A DNA stretch of 64,000 nt from Tubiluchus corallicola. Its lineage: Eukaryota > Animalia > Priapulida. The notes below the pieces were generated by a model. It was not told the DNA's origin, ran no database searches, and saw nothing but the letters and a program-made list of their open reading frames with translations. Location: the NCBI GenBank assembly GCA_030141605.1, contig JAQGDQ010000191.1, positions 310,001-374,000 on the forward strand. Direction: 5' to 3'. The position numbers and the translations under genes are program-made. Shown here in pieces: positions 15,601-29,414 of this stretch. Within the stretch, counting starts at the first letter, position 1. Each line of letters begins with the position of its first letter.

Positions 15601-18600
15601 TTACATATTGTATGATGCTAATTTATTACTAATGTTAGTAATACTAATAAATAGTAACTTATGTACACTGAGTACGCTCACCTGAAAACATTTTAACATC
15701 AAGCTTTTTATATGCATGCACGTTATGCATCAAACAGTAAGTTTACATACTAGGTCAAGTTCAATATCTGTAAGCAGCAAATAATTGTCCAAAATTTTAG
15801 AGGTAAAAAATTTAATAGTTTAAATTCATTTTTAGTTCAGCCTAGTCACATTTTCCTTTGCATTCTTAAATTTATCTTGAAAAATAATTGTATTTGTTGA
15901 TAAAACTGCTACTTTGCTTACTATAATTGTGTCTCACTTTTATAAGTGCTGTGTAACTGTGTAACCTTTGCCAAGAAAGTTACGTTTTTATTTATTTTTT
16001 TTATTCTAGTGTGCTACCTTACTCGTCCGACAAAACTACTGAATTACATTACTTTAATTACTAGATTAGTAAACTTAGATTATGGTGTTGCATTCATTTC
16101 CACAGTAAAACTTATAAAAAAACCTATTTTGCTGTTTGTATATATGCAGCTTCATCATCAATTGCCATATTTATTTCATTTCAGGCTGCCACTAGCACTT
16201 TACCAAATAGTCCTCAGAAACGGAATTGGGAAGATAGTATTACAACGACTGAAGCAATAAGTCAATCAAATAGTCCTATGCGGAAGCGTCCAAAAGCTCA
16301 GCAGGTTTATTCATTTTCATTAATCAGTTCAGTTTTGTGCTAGCTGCTCTTACTTATTACCTTGTTTTTTATTTTTGAAGATTCCATTGTTTTTGTTATT
16401 TTTATTGTGTCTAATGTCCAACTTTCTGGGTCTTTTGGCTAGCTTAAGCAAGTGATGGAATTCGAGTCTCAAATTTCTGTGCTGATCTGGTACCATCCAC
16501 AAGCCAGCTTACTGACCATTTCTGGAATACACAATTTTAATATATAGTTTAGTTTTCTTTGCTAAATAAAAATTACTCCAGCAATTTCATTTGCATTTGG
16601 ACTAACAAAATATGCTCTTGTCTCATGGTTCATGAATCTGTTTTGTTTTAGGGTTCAAATTCAACAAGTTCAGAAGACAGCAGTAGTGCAAGTGTTTCTA
16701 ATGGGGAAAACGGTAATGAAGGTGACAACGAACAAGAAAGCACCCCCAGCTCTGAAGAGAAAACCAGTCCATCACCACCAAAGATTGAACTTAGGGAGGT
16801 GCTGCCACCTGGGTAAGACTTCCCGCATTACTGTAACAAATTATATTTTTACAAAGTATATTTACTGGATATTTAAAAACACTCTTTTGGGTGTTTGTTT
16901 TTTTTTTATTATTCTTCAGAATTACTTGAATATTGCCTCTGATTTTCCATGATCACGGAAAACAGACGGAATTCACAGAAATGGGCAACTGAAATAGAAA
17001 TAGTTATGGAAAAAGAATTGGCCTGATTCCTGATTTTCTTGTAAACTTGATGTATACTAAAGACGGAATTTACTTCACTTGCTGCTTTCCGGCAAAATTG
17101 GGCAGTTTTTCAGCCTTTCTAGACCTTGTTAGAAGTTTTCCCACATTTTATTTTTATGCAGCTTGCATTCTCATAATGTCTTTTCACTTTGTTGTAGGAA
17201 ATACAGGAAATTCTTTAGCGTTAGCTTGTAATGAATGGCAATATGTTTGTCAAAAGGTTTCCCACGTTCATTTAACCCCTATCTCTTGTGGTCTTAATTC
17301 AGGTCTATTTAGTTCAGTTTTTCCTTCATAGCCATTTCAGCTCAGGTTAACTCCAGACCTGCCGGTATCACAGTGCAAGTCCACAAGGCAGCTTTTTAAA
17401 TAAATCAACTTGAAGATTGTCCCTGAGATTAATCTAAATATATTTTGTTTTTGAAATCAAGCAGATTGATCTTAATTAGAGTACTAAAGTCACCACTTGA
17501 CTATAGTTATAGTCGATATATATTACTTTTAGGGCCAAGTAGCTTCTGATTTCTGAGGAGGCTTAATTGAAATGGAATTGACATTTTTTCGAAAGGATTT
17601 GATCAGTTTTAAAATTGGAGGCCCTCCTTGAAATATGTTTTCATGTTGTTACTAAGCCATATTATCACTTGTCCTGTCATTTAAACTACGTAGAAATGTA
17701 GGTGTTCAGTCTAGCCTAATAGGTATCACAAGATAATGCAGTCAGCGTCACATGATCCTGTACATATATTATGTCAAGATTTTTTCAGTTTGTTGAAAGG
17801 TTCAATGTTTTTGGCAAATTTTGTTTCAGATGTCTTGCATTAACAGTGTCTTATCTTTATTTTCAGCTCTAAAACCCCACCACCTGCTTCACCTCATTCT
17901 GCCAGTATGTCAACATTTCCTCTTCCGACGGTTCAAAAGACGGCACCCGTTGCTCCATCTCCTTCACACATCGTGTCTCGGCCTCCACCGCCTCCACTAG
18001 TGCCAATCACTTCGGTGCGGCCTAAACAGGAAGTGCCTGTAGCTCCTTCATTCGGTTTTGGCATTGAGCAGTTGGCAGGTATAACACCTCAAACGAAAAC
18101 TAATAGTGTAGAAAATTTACTGCCACCACCACCTCCTCAGGTTGAGAGTATAGACTTATCGACACATCCAGTGAAGATAAAAAAAGAAGTGGAGGAGGTG
18201 TCACAGAAACCACCAGCAGATGCTTTGAGTCGTCCACAAGATTCGAGTAAACCAAAATCTATGGAACCGCCTCCTCCCGCATCAGCACATGCGGCACCGC
18301 CAGCACAACCGCTGTCATATCCGTACTTTATGCCTCATCCTGGCCTTCCCCTGAATGTTCCGCATTTGAGTCGCTCACATGGTCATGTTCCGAAGAGTGT
18401 CCCTGGAGGTCAGGGCACTCCAGACGCAGTAAAGAAAGAGGAAGTAACAGTTAAAAAAGAAGTGGCAGAGGTGTCAGCAGATCGTCAGGATGAGGAGGAT
18501 AAGCGCACACCACATACACTACAGAGAACTCCTTCTCCAGAGGCAACATCTGATTGCACTGAATTGTTTAGAACAAAGTCAGCAGTGTAAGTATAACTGG

Positions 18601-18816
18601 GAGTATGTGTCCTGAATGTCTCGGCAGTTACTTTTCTTTTCTACCGCTTCTACAAGATTGCTGAATATGTAAAATCTGTATTGCTCAGAATCGTGAGAAG
18701 TTATTTGCAGTTATAATACTTTTGATTTAATAATTTATTGAATATTTTAATGCATTTTTGACGATGATGAAATACATTATTACAATAAAAAGATCATTAA
18801 TAAGAACATTGTAATC

Positions 18817-18895
<79 letters not shown>

Positions 18896-21800
18896 TAACA
18901 TTAAAATGGACAAATGCATTTTACATACATAAATCCTAACATATAAATAGTTAATACACAATTGATTTTTACAGATAAAGCTAAAATCGAGATACATGTA
19001 CATAAAATCACTAAAAATCACCCTGAAAACCAGTACTTTTAAGTCCGCTTTAAATTTTTAATTAATTAAAGATTCTTTGTAAAAACAAATTTTAAGAAAG
19101 GATTTGAACTTTTCAACATTCATTTTACATTTCTTTTCATTTTACATGCATGGATTTAAAAATTGTTCCATAATTTTGGAACTGCTATTAAAAAACTGAG
19201 ATCCATATGTAACTAGAATATAACGTGGTACGACAAGTGTCGATGAACTAATTGATCTAAGATTACATGGCTTCAAAAAATCAAATATATAGGATGGTGC
19301 TAAACCATTAAAAGCTTTATGTGGCACTTCTCACCAGTTAAAATGTAAATGGTAGTTTGATTCCTGCATTGAGATTTGTGAAAAAAAGTGAAATTTAAAA
19401 ATTATTCATTTTATTATCTACTGAAAAATAAATATTATCATGGACATTTCTAGCACAAAAATGTCTAAAACTCGTTTTTAAAATTTCATTTCAGATTTAT
19501 CCGAGCAATCTTCCGTGGAAGTCACAGTTCATGTTCACGCACAGACTATCACTTCAAGCCGGTGCCAGAATCGGCACTTGCTAAGAAAAGAGAGGAGAAA
19601 GCAAAAAAACAAATGGAACAAAAGGAGGAGAAACCAGTAAGAAGTTTGAGTTAATATAGCATGTTATGTATGTAAATGAAGTGTCTCCTTTGTAAGGACT
19701 GACTGATATAATAGTCAAGAAATAGGCTTGATGAATGATGTGTTAGTGTTTACCTCTGAGCTGTAGTAATGAGACTAAAATTCTTTTAGTTCGAGGACCA
19801 TTTCGGACGTCCATTTGCATACACATTACATAACAGTAGCATTGATCCTTGAATTGCAAAATTACTGGGCTGAATGTTTTCTTATTCAATGCATTCTCTG
19901 AATGTTTATAATTTCATCTTGTATATGCCTCGCACAGGTTCTCTCATAAAAGTCAAACTACTGTTGATCTTTCTTATTCAAAAGTTTCATCATTCAAAAG
20001 GTAAAATTAAGTAAAATACAATTGGAATAAACTGATACTATTTTATTGTATTTGCCTTTTTATTTTGAATATAATCACTTCAGTTGTATTCTTTTGTCTA
20101 ATTTTTATTCTTGATTAAAGCAGTTTTTCGGGCTCTTTAATTGTATGATTAAACAAAGCTCACTTCAGTAACAAACAGTCTACAGAAACCAAGTCTGGAG
20201 TGCGGTATAGAGCTGAATAAACCATCTCTTCATAAGGAAACTAATAGGCTACCCTTATTCATCTTTGCGCTTGCTTTTCTTATTTTATGAGGCAACATGT
20301 GTGTTGTAAAGGTGTTGTAAAATAAGTCATAACAGCGACTTAATTGACAGTATTTGCCAAGTAGCCTACTACGTGATTCGCTAAAACACATTCCAGATAC
20401 ATTGTCCAAAATTTTCTTGTTCATTGTAGCTTTGCTTAAACAATTTGCTGGGTTCTCGCTGACCCAATATGTACTAATGCATTTGTCTTTTGTTTACAGA
20501 AAATCTCTGCTATGTCGGCTGACAAAAAGCCTCCACATCATCACCATCAATCCGAAACACGGATTCCAAATGTCTTGCGACAAATGGACCTTCCTATCAT
20601 CTCGAGAGCATCTCCGCGGCCATTTCCTTCGTATGATACACCCGCACTCAGAGCTCTTAGCCAATATGCAAGTCCTCATCTTGGCTACCATCACCCTGGG
20701 ATTCCTTTCCAGGGACCTCCTGGATTTGCTGGTCCAGGTGGTGGGATATCACCATATGCTGTTGATCCATTGCACTATTACATGTCTATGTTACATCTCT
20801 ACCCACCCGGATCTCGAGAAAGGTATGACTCTTCGTGTGATACGTGTTTTTTCATTTGCTAGTTTATAGCTAGTTTGCCTTTTCTTCAAATGTAAAGCAA
20901 TGTCAGGCCTAAACATGTTGTAATAACCATATGCTTAGAAATTGCTTTGTTTTTTAGAAAAAATTAAGTGGGCACTTTTACCTTAAACTGGCAGTGTGTG
21001 CTTACATCCATGATTCTGTTACCAAACCAAATGGCGATTTGTACAGAATTATCCAATTAGCATGATTATTTCAAACAAATCTATAGTACATCTGTAGTAC
21101 AATGTTGGAAATTAAATGGACATGTTAATTTGTGTAAAAGTGGATAGAATATAACCAGGCAATGTCCGAGTATTCAGACTTCAGTAGGAAAGATCGCTGC
21201 AATAGAACTACCTACTTATTGTTATTAGTTTAAAATTTTTAGATTAGAGATTGAGGCTAAAATAGAACAAGAACGGAGAGAGCGCGAATTTCGCGAGCTG
21301 GAATTTCGAGAGAAGCTTAAGCTTGGTCCGGACGGGAAACCTTTGCCAGAGCACTTGTTGGGTGGCCCGCATCATTTAGATCCTCGATGGTTAGAGTTGC
21401 AACGCCACCATGCTGTCAGTTCTCTTTTGATGTCACCTAATGCCAATGCTGGTACGTTTAAATTTGTAGCTACTATTTATTACCCCGTGCTATCATTTAT
21501 TTGCCTGTTTGTAGCTACTTCAAACAGTGCTTATGAAGCTCATTCATATCATTAACGGGTTTTGAAATGATTAGATTTAGAGGAGCACTAAAGTAGTCTA
21601 TTAATGGTAAGATGCCAGTTTTACCTTGTTTCCTTTACGTACTTAAGTGTTACCAAAGTTTGCTTCATTGTTGCATGCTTTCAAATTTTGCTTATTTTGC
21701 AGCAGCAGTGGCAGCTGCAGCAGCATCTTCTCAAGAACGTGAAAGACTGGAACGAGAGCGATTTGAGCAGCTGGGCATTCCAGTCAGCGTAGCTGGTGCT

Positions 21801-23756
21801 CATCCTGGATTGGGACCACAGCCCGTTCCTCCCACAAGTGCTGCTGCATACGAACGCCTTGGCATACCAGTTCCAGCAAATGCTTCAGTTAATCCAGGCA
21901 ATGTCCCTGTTACCACTGCAGCTCCTCACGAACGCTCGAGTCAGCCAGCACATTCACAGAGCAGTAGTTCGGAGCAGTCACTAAGAGAAGGCAATGTTTC
22001 AGCTGAGCGGTTACATATAGAACGAATGATGGCAGCTGATCCCATGGCTAGATTCGGAATTTTACCACCAGGAATGCCACTGTATGCAGCACACATGCAC
22101 GCTCATGCACACACACACCTACATTTACATGAGCCTCATTTACAGGGATCAGGAGCATACCCTCTCAACCCATATGCCCCAGGTAAACCAGCCTTTTATT
22201 GTTTAGTTTGGTAAGTTTCTGTCATGTGTGTAATCATTAAGAACACCAGACGCCCTTCATGTTCATATCATTTTCATATTCCTGTGCTTATTGCTAGAGG
22301 CAGCCATTTTTTAAAAATTACGAGCTACTGTAAGCTGACTAAATTTATTCAGTTATTTGATTTTTTATCTTTCTTTTGCAAGCTAGGTCAATTAGATTTC
22401 AGACATTGTCCATGTTGTGTGCATATTATAATTTGTTGTAATAGTAACAGCAGACTGCTGGCTGTTTACCAAGGACAAAATGTGTGAATGTTGTTGCTAA
22501 ATGATAACTATACATATTGCAGATTAAATATTCTAGAGAAGTTACTGATCATCCTTTAACATTGCTAATCATCTTTTGTTTAAACCAAATATTGTTTTTT
22601 GTAGGTGCACCTCCTGACCCATATGCTCTAGCAGTTGCTGGTGGTCCGTTTTTACCAGGTATGGTGCCACGCCCTCCTATACCAGGAGGAACTCCTCCTC
22701 ATCAAGAGAGAAACCTTGATCCTCTCAGTGCAGTAAGTATTTAATTACAGACAAGGCCAAAAAAGTTAATGAAATTGATTTAAATAAAAAAATGATCCAC
22801 TTTTGCTATTTTATCCTGCTTGCTGTGGCATGTATATTTTTGTTCAAATTTCTGAATGTGCTAATATTATTTTTACTTTTGAATTGCAGAAGATTTGAAC
22901 CAGAATAAATAAGTGCCCAGAATAGAATACAGTAGACCACTGACAACTTTATGCTTTACATTTTGCGTTTAATATATGTGTTTGACTGAGTTCCAAGTTA
23001 TGAACTGACAAATTTAATTTCGTTTTTTCCTGAACATTTTTCAGTAAATTATATTCTAGCTGTTTTAAGTAATGTGTAAAATATGTTTCTTTGAAATGTG
23101 TTTTGCAGCTGACACCACATGACCCAGTCCAAAGACAATTGCAAATGGAGAGAGAACAACAGCTTGTGTATCGAAATCAAATCTTGGCACATGAAGAATA
23201 CCTAAGGTGAGTAAGAATAAGAATGCTCTAAGGTTTTTACTGTTTACTAAGAAATTGAAATTCTTCTAATGCATGAAATTTCAGCCTGCATGTTTTAACA
23301 ACCATATTTTGCATTAAATAAATGGCAGTGGAATTGCTGCAGTTCACTACAATAACTGAACAGAACACATGGATGTTTTTTATGTTGTAGAATTGTGTTC
23401 AGCATGTCAGTTCTCCATCACGGGAAATCAGAATATTTTCCAAGTGGGAAACTTATCAACCTGAATTTGTGATATTTTGATTATTATTAGTTGTTGAGTC
23501 ATAAAACAAGTAACCATCTTTGGAGTTCTTAAATTGTCTGTTGATCTGAATAAATGGTTGAATTTGAGGTAGCTTTTTTGCAATTCTTGTAACACGTTGG
23601 CCTTTAACAACTTTTGTCATACATTTTGTTATCATTAAATTAGTTGCAGTGTTTATTCAAGCATCTATTACTGTGATACTAAAAGACCATTTTGCTATGC
23701 ATTAGTCTGTAACTTACATTTTTCATTACAGAAAAATGAATGCACTACCAAAATAG
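680..23756 (+). CDS. RERE: RERE/Atrophin family transcriptional corepressor, 5'-partial (17 coding exons, about 1053 aa in window)
   Basis: Exons 680-779, 3557-3655, 4912-4992, 11373-11502, 11898-11954, 13551-13646, 15250-15443, 16185-16304, 16652-16812, 17867-18586, 19495-19636, 20500-20822, 21243-21451, 21703-22182, 22605-22732, 23109-23206, 23732-23756; all GT-AG with consistent phases and one open frame to TAG 23754-23756. ELM2 end ([25 protein letters not shown]), SANT ([48 protein letters not shown]), GATA-type finger (CGHC-x18-CSTC), atrophin motifs [45 protein letters not shown]. Confidence 0.95.
12045..12421. mobile_element. Degenerate hAT-like non-autonomous element in RERE intron
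   Basis: Begins CAGGGTT and ends CTGGTAACATT, resembling CAGKGTTRCCAG-type hAT termini; internal short GGCC repeats. Ends degenerate, no TSD seen. Confidence 0.3.
18817..18895. repeat. (AAT)n microsatellite, probable 3' tail of the adjacent minus-strand LINE
   Basis: About 26 AAT units with one interruption. Confidence 0.95.
18900..19325 (-). mobile_element. L2/CR1-type non-LTR retrotransposon 3' fragment
   Basis: Minus strand reads [19 protein letters not shown]....LVVPRY..VTYG then [10 protein letters not shown], typical of L2/CR1-group ORF2 C-termini, followed by an (ATT)n tail. Confidence 0.75.
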
Positions 23757-24449
23757 ACATTCAGTTATGTAGAAAGTGTCGTAGCTGCTGTCACTCAGTT
23801 GGTAAGTTCCTTAAAGTTCAGTATATTTGATACAACTTTGTTGCAAATGTTGCATAATTTTGCTTGTTTTGCAAGTAATAATTACTTCTGCCCTGAGGCA
23901 CTGTCGACACAATATTGGTTTTTCTTGAGTTTTCCCTTTAGTTTTATTTTTGGGGGTAACTCTCAAAAATTTCAAATGCTTCATTAAATTGAGTGCAGCT
24001 TTTGATGCTGATGTGTGTGCATGCATACCAAAGGCGTAATTTCAATTTTCTCCTATGGAGGGTTTCAAGGAGTAACGCCCACTGCATGTACCCCTAAAGG
24101 GTGCTTATTTGGTTTATTCTGGGGAGCTGTTTGGCCACAGTGACTCAAATTTGTTTTTTCATTTTAACAGCAACTCTGTAAATATTGTTCAGAACATCTA
24201 TAGAAATTTTTTGGTTATTGTTAAATTGATCTCAAAGTTCATATAAAAGATTTTTACCACCTGGAAAGGAAGTATGTGAGGCTGTTATCAATGTCTGATT
24301 ATTCATGTCTAGCTCAGAACTTATGAGTGTTGATACATTTTTCTTTGGGGCTTTTTCCATTTTTTTGCGAACACGTACACGAATATATATATATATATTC
24401 ATAAGCCAGAAACATGTTATATGGGAAGTGGGTAGACATACATACATAA

Positions 24450-25369
24450 CAGTAGGCACCGCTTAATTGACCCAAAAAGGCCTGGTACGGGCCGCTTCTG
24501 CTCAAATGTACATAAAAACTGTCGTTGATTGACTCAAATAACTCCGCAAATAAAATAAGACATTTGTACGTGCCCAAAGAGCTTTTACAGTTTTTATATC
24601 ATCTTTACTTTGCTTTTGTGCACATGTGTAGAAACATTCATGTTAAGTACCATTTTGTTTGTAAGCAGGTACATTTATCATGCGTTAATATGGTAGTGGG
24701 TTTGCTTTCAATCTGTTACCCGCTTGTCCACTGCAATTAACCTCGTTACCCAAGAATTTCTGGAGGCTAAACACGTAATCTTTTGTCTAGCTCTCTCATT
24801 TTGAAGCTGTCGTTGGAAATGTCGCTTCTACGCTTAATGAGTCAACAGTCAAAGATGCACTTGCAGTAATCAGGCAGTATCAGCCGAAACCACTTGCGAG
24901 GAGCAAGATCACCAACCAACTGCAGCTCAAGCGCGCACAAGCGCTTAATGTTTTACGAGAATACCTGCATCACACAGCAACAGATTTTCAATTATATAAA
25001 ATATTATACATTGGATTTTTATAATTATGAGAACTTTGTGATCCAACTTCTTCGAGAGAAAATGAAGCAGCCGACTTTAAAGGCACTTTTTAATTTTTTG
25101 TTAATTTCCTCATGCAAATTTATATTAGATTATATTTATTTTATTTATTTATATTATTTAGATTTTATTTATATTAAAATATTTTTTTAAATTTTTAACT
25201 GCACAAAGAAATTTAGGCATTACTTCGTTTCTAAAATTCATTAAATGCCTTTGCAGTGCATACAAAGCTGGTGACTTGTACTTCTACACCTATCGGTTAA
25301 TAGGTTCAGTCGGTTAATTGGGTCAAAACACTTCGGTCCTAAAGTGAGCCTATTAAGCATTGCCTACTG
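24450..25369. mobile_element. Tigger/pogo-like (Tc1/mariner) non-autonomous DNA transposon
   Basis: TIRs CAGTAGGCACCGCTTAAT (24450) and reverse complement CAGTAGGCAATGCTTAAT (ends 25369); TA at the right flank; related TTGACCCAA subterminal motifs at both ends. Confidence 0.7.
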
Positions 25370-27519
25370 TATGTATCATTTTTGCATTTCAGTCTTCTAA
25401 AATGAGCTCGGCATTTGTTAATCATTAATTTTTTTTTATTAAATTGTACTATAATAAAGGTCTCCAATTAGCCTCTTGCCATTGACTGAATTCATTGGGG
25501 CTATGAAAACTGTTACTACATTTGAATTTTCTTTTTCAGGAAAATATATCCGGATTAGGAATTTTGCGATTTCTATGCTACACGTTACAAACAGGGCGAT
25601 TTAAACCTATTCTTGTAATGAATTGATTCATAGTTTACATCAGCAGTTATGCCGCTCATTGGCTGGAATTCTTTAGATTAATTCTACAATGTTTAGTGCC
25701 GCATAGTTACAGATAATTGTTAGAAGTATATAGTTTTTGTTTAGAGAATGACTATTTTATTGAAAATTCTGCATATGGCTACCAAAGAAAACAAGTTAAA
25801 AAATTCAAGTCTGCAATTTGAAATCATTACAAAATGCACGCAATTTCAGTGCAATTGATGCAATTTTTTACACATTTGATCAGGCTACTACCTAAGTTAG
25901 ATCAACAGTTGTAAATCATTGTTACATTTTGTGCCACAAGAATGTAAACTAGCAAAAAAAGAATGTTTGCCAGTCTCCAAAAAATATTTGTACGAAGCCT
26001 TTGATTAATTAATTGTCTCAAGCTAAATCCTGCATAGGCAAGCTGCGGAAATCGGAGCAAAGGATAGATATTATTTATTTGTACAACTTGTATCACTAAA
26101 AGCAAAACTGCCCTCAAGAGGGAACATAGATATCAAAATGCCATTTGTTTGGTTTATTCGTAGTTGTGATGCATTCTTTTTGAACAGTTTTTGATGTTTG
26201 TTGTGTCAACTCTTAACGGCAGAGGCTACCTTTTTTGTTGGTAGTTGTGGCAGGATAGGAATTTAGTTAATTATCAAGGATAATCTTCTAATGTGAGATA
26301 ATGTATTGACAGAAGTGTCTAAGCCAAATTTAGATGAGTTGAAAGAGCCGTCTAGCTGCCACATGTCCATTCATTACCTAAGCTGAGTTTTGTTTAACGT
26401 TAGTCACTGATGTTGGTACATGCTATTATGCAGTAACTATTCAGCTCATCTACCAACTTTTTATTTCCTTCTAAACAGATATATTGAAATGAATTCACTT
26501 ATAGCAATTTGCTTTTTCCAAGGTAGGCCTATTTGTAGAATTTAGCAGTAATAAATAAGTTTGTGTAATAAACAAACTGGAGTGAAGTACCATGCAGTTG
26601 CTCATGTATATGCATTTGTAGTGATAGTAATAATAGTACTGCAATTAAATTTAATGTGTGTTGATAATTATAATCATGATCAGGTAGCTAGATTTTTGTT
26701 TATGTATGCAATCAGTGTATAACTTGGACATGATGGGCATGATTGCACAGTTTTATTTGCTATACCTTCATTTATATGTGCATTTAGAAGTACATTGTTA
26801 TACAATAACATGTACTTTGCTTCATACCGAAAGTTTTATAACACTATCATGTTACTTGAACTGAACTGTGTGATGTTGTTATTCTGATCATTTTGAATTA
26901 GGTTATTGCTCGATAAACAAAATGCAGTTTTAATTGTTTACTGTGATTGTTGTTCTGCCTGTATATACTGAACAATTACCTATGTTATGTAATTTCAAGA
27001 TATGTGTAAACTGGTGACTTGTTGCTGTTGCTTATTTATTGTTTTTAAGTAAAAAACATTACTAGCTTAATATATGTCAGATTATATATATATATATCAA
27101 TAAGAATTAAATAGACTTTACCGAAATTGTCTTTGAGTTTTTTATGATTCTATCTTGTGTACTTGGAATTGTAGTAAGCCCTGTTCTTCATGCAACAAAT
27201 CATTTGATGTCCGTTTTGTACCTAATATTTTACTGGGCCATAGCTGAGTGATATCTTGATTAGAGTTACATATAGCATAAACTGTACATGCGTAGCAGGA
27301 GTTGCAGATACTACATTACAGAGCTAAATGGGATATGTTAATAATTAGTAGGCTACCAACACATATTGTTTATACAGACGCTTTAAATCGACCACGTGTG
27401 TCGTTCTATAAAAATACATTGTTACTGAAGTACGGTATCCTTCTCAACAGTCGAGATGTACATTTTTACCACTGATTGAAGGTATAATTTTGAATTTTCA
27501 ACCTGCAATGTCAAAATTG

Positions 27520-28929
27520 TTAACTCCTCTTTGCGACTGGCGATTTACAGTGGTTATACTGGCTATATATCTCTCTATTAGGCTCGCGTATATCCACATC
27601 ATAAAGCAAGCCAAAAAACGCTGTTGTTCTTACGCCTCTACATTGACCCAACAATTTCTCTAAATTTTATCACTTGTCTGATCCAAGCATTGACTCTTAC
27701 TATGTGCTCATATTAACTAAACATAGAGCTTCTATCACTGCATAATTTCCAAATATTTTTTCCAACCACACATTTCAGCAGATGTTCTGTCGTATCACCC
27801 TCCTTCACACACAATGGACATCATCATGTTTAATTTTCCAATCAGTAATTTCACACTGTTTTTTCATCACACTCCGTTACGTAATTTGCTGTGTGGCATT
27901 GTCAGTTTTTCGTCATACAATTTACTTATTTGTGGAATTCCAGGAAAGGTATTGCATGAAAAGTGTTATAAAATTATGGTTATATTACTCCCGAAGGTTA
28001 AGAATACCCATTAAGAAGCCTCTAAAAATTTGATAGGGCTATCTTCCCTGCATGTTTAGATGCGCTAGGAACAAAGTCGGGCATATAATACAAGGCAAAT
28101 CTCTCAAAATACTTGTGACATTGATCATGTGAACTTTACCACAGCACCGCAAAACAATTACTTTACTTGCTGGGGCAAAATGTGTACTTAACCGGGTAGA
28201 CGCTTCCACGAACATGACCGATTAACCGAGCTTCTTCAATACAGACGGTACTGTACCTTAACGGATTACTAATGCTGCTATTCCAACACTTCAGATATAA
28301 TACACTCGCTACTGTACATGTTAACGGATTAGTAATGCTGGTACAGTGAAAATGCGGCAAAAACTACTGTATGTTCTAGAATCTAGTCCTACAGCTGTCC
28401 AAGCTTACCATTGCCGATGAATCACACACACCACGAAGACTCAACTCGAAAGCCCCAAAGAAAAGGTCAATGGGCAGAGCCTATATCGATACTCACCCGA
28501 ATGCCTTCACTGTGGGGCCCTCGAGCTCGGATTCCCAACCGCTTGCACCGGGGAATGCCCAGTGATAGCGCGGCCGCTACAGGAACCGTCGCCGTCAGGC
28601 CGGAAATGTAGAACGCCTAGAAAGACACTCTAACTGTTTCGAAGTAAGCGGAGTTATTCGGTAGAAAGTGTTCGAAGGAAGCGTTTGCCCGGATAAGGTA
28701 ACATGATAGATGTCGAAGTAAGCGGTGAGCACAGCCTGCAGACACAAGACACAGTCAAAAACTGCCTGCCTACCGCTGGTACTAATTTTCTTCCACCTGA
28801 TTTTGCTTATATACGCCTCATTATCCATTCATCGGCGAGAATCCGGTTGTCAACCATTGAACCAATCGCATAAAACTAGTTCATGACGTCAGTGCATAAC
28901 AGGATGAGAGACTTTAGCAAAGGGGGTAA
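27520..28929. mobile_element. Possible piggyBac-like DNA transposon remnant with CpG-rich end
   Basis: Left TTAACTCCTCTTTGCG versus right reverse complement TTACCCCCTTTGCT; CpG-rich 28400-28900 with CCAAT and TGACGTCA; internal direct repeat TTAACGGATTASTAATGCTG near 28258 and 28321. No transposase recognised. Confidence 0.35.
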
Positions 28930-29414
28930 TTTATGATAATTAAACATCTCCACTGTATGACCGAAACTGCCAGTACAAAAGAGCTTAGCATGTGGTGTCT
29001 GAAGGCTTTTCTTGCCCAACACATATGGATCAAGTTTACCAGAGTAGTAGGCTATTGTATCACAAGATATTATTCTAGCCAGTTTTACCCAGGGTATAAT
29101 GCATTATCCTTCGGTTGCCACTACATGGTGCAATATATGTGTCCGTTCGATACCAGAAATTCTAAAAATAACCATACAGTACTGCAAAGTGTGAATCAAT
29201 GTTTGCTGCCAAACTACATAATAGCCTAACATGTAACATGTAAGGGTAACGAAATCTTTGAACCTTATACCAGCGGGCAAAACCAAACATGAGCTAGATA
29301 TCTGGTGTTTGGCAATATGCTAACTCTGAGCCATTTATGAAGCTACTTAAAATGCTGAGTGGGACAATTAATATGTTAATTATTATAACTAATTATTAGT
29401 GACGGTACAAACAC

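Noticed and set aside
16430-16520. tRNA-like sequence (also near 44080-44170)
   Set aside because: No cloverleaf can be folded; probably decayed SINE heads.
18797-19021. Poly-Ile ORF (and poly-Asn/Ile ORFs at 33717-33951)
   Set aside because: Translation of (AAT)n microsatellites.
20159-20204. Possible small RERE exon ([15 protein letters not shown])
   Set aside because: Weak AAG acceptor and the GTATAG donor gives a phase incompatible with the next exon.
20354-20869. 171-aa ORF overlapping RERE exon 20500-20822 in another frame
   Set aside because: Starts in intron at a non-ATG codon, no recognisable homology; shadow frame.
28411-28828. GC-rich ORFs 28411-28611 and 28595-28828
   Set aside because: No domain or splice structure; inside a probable transposon remnant.
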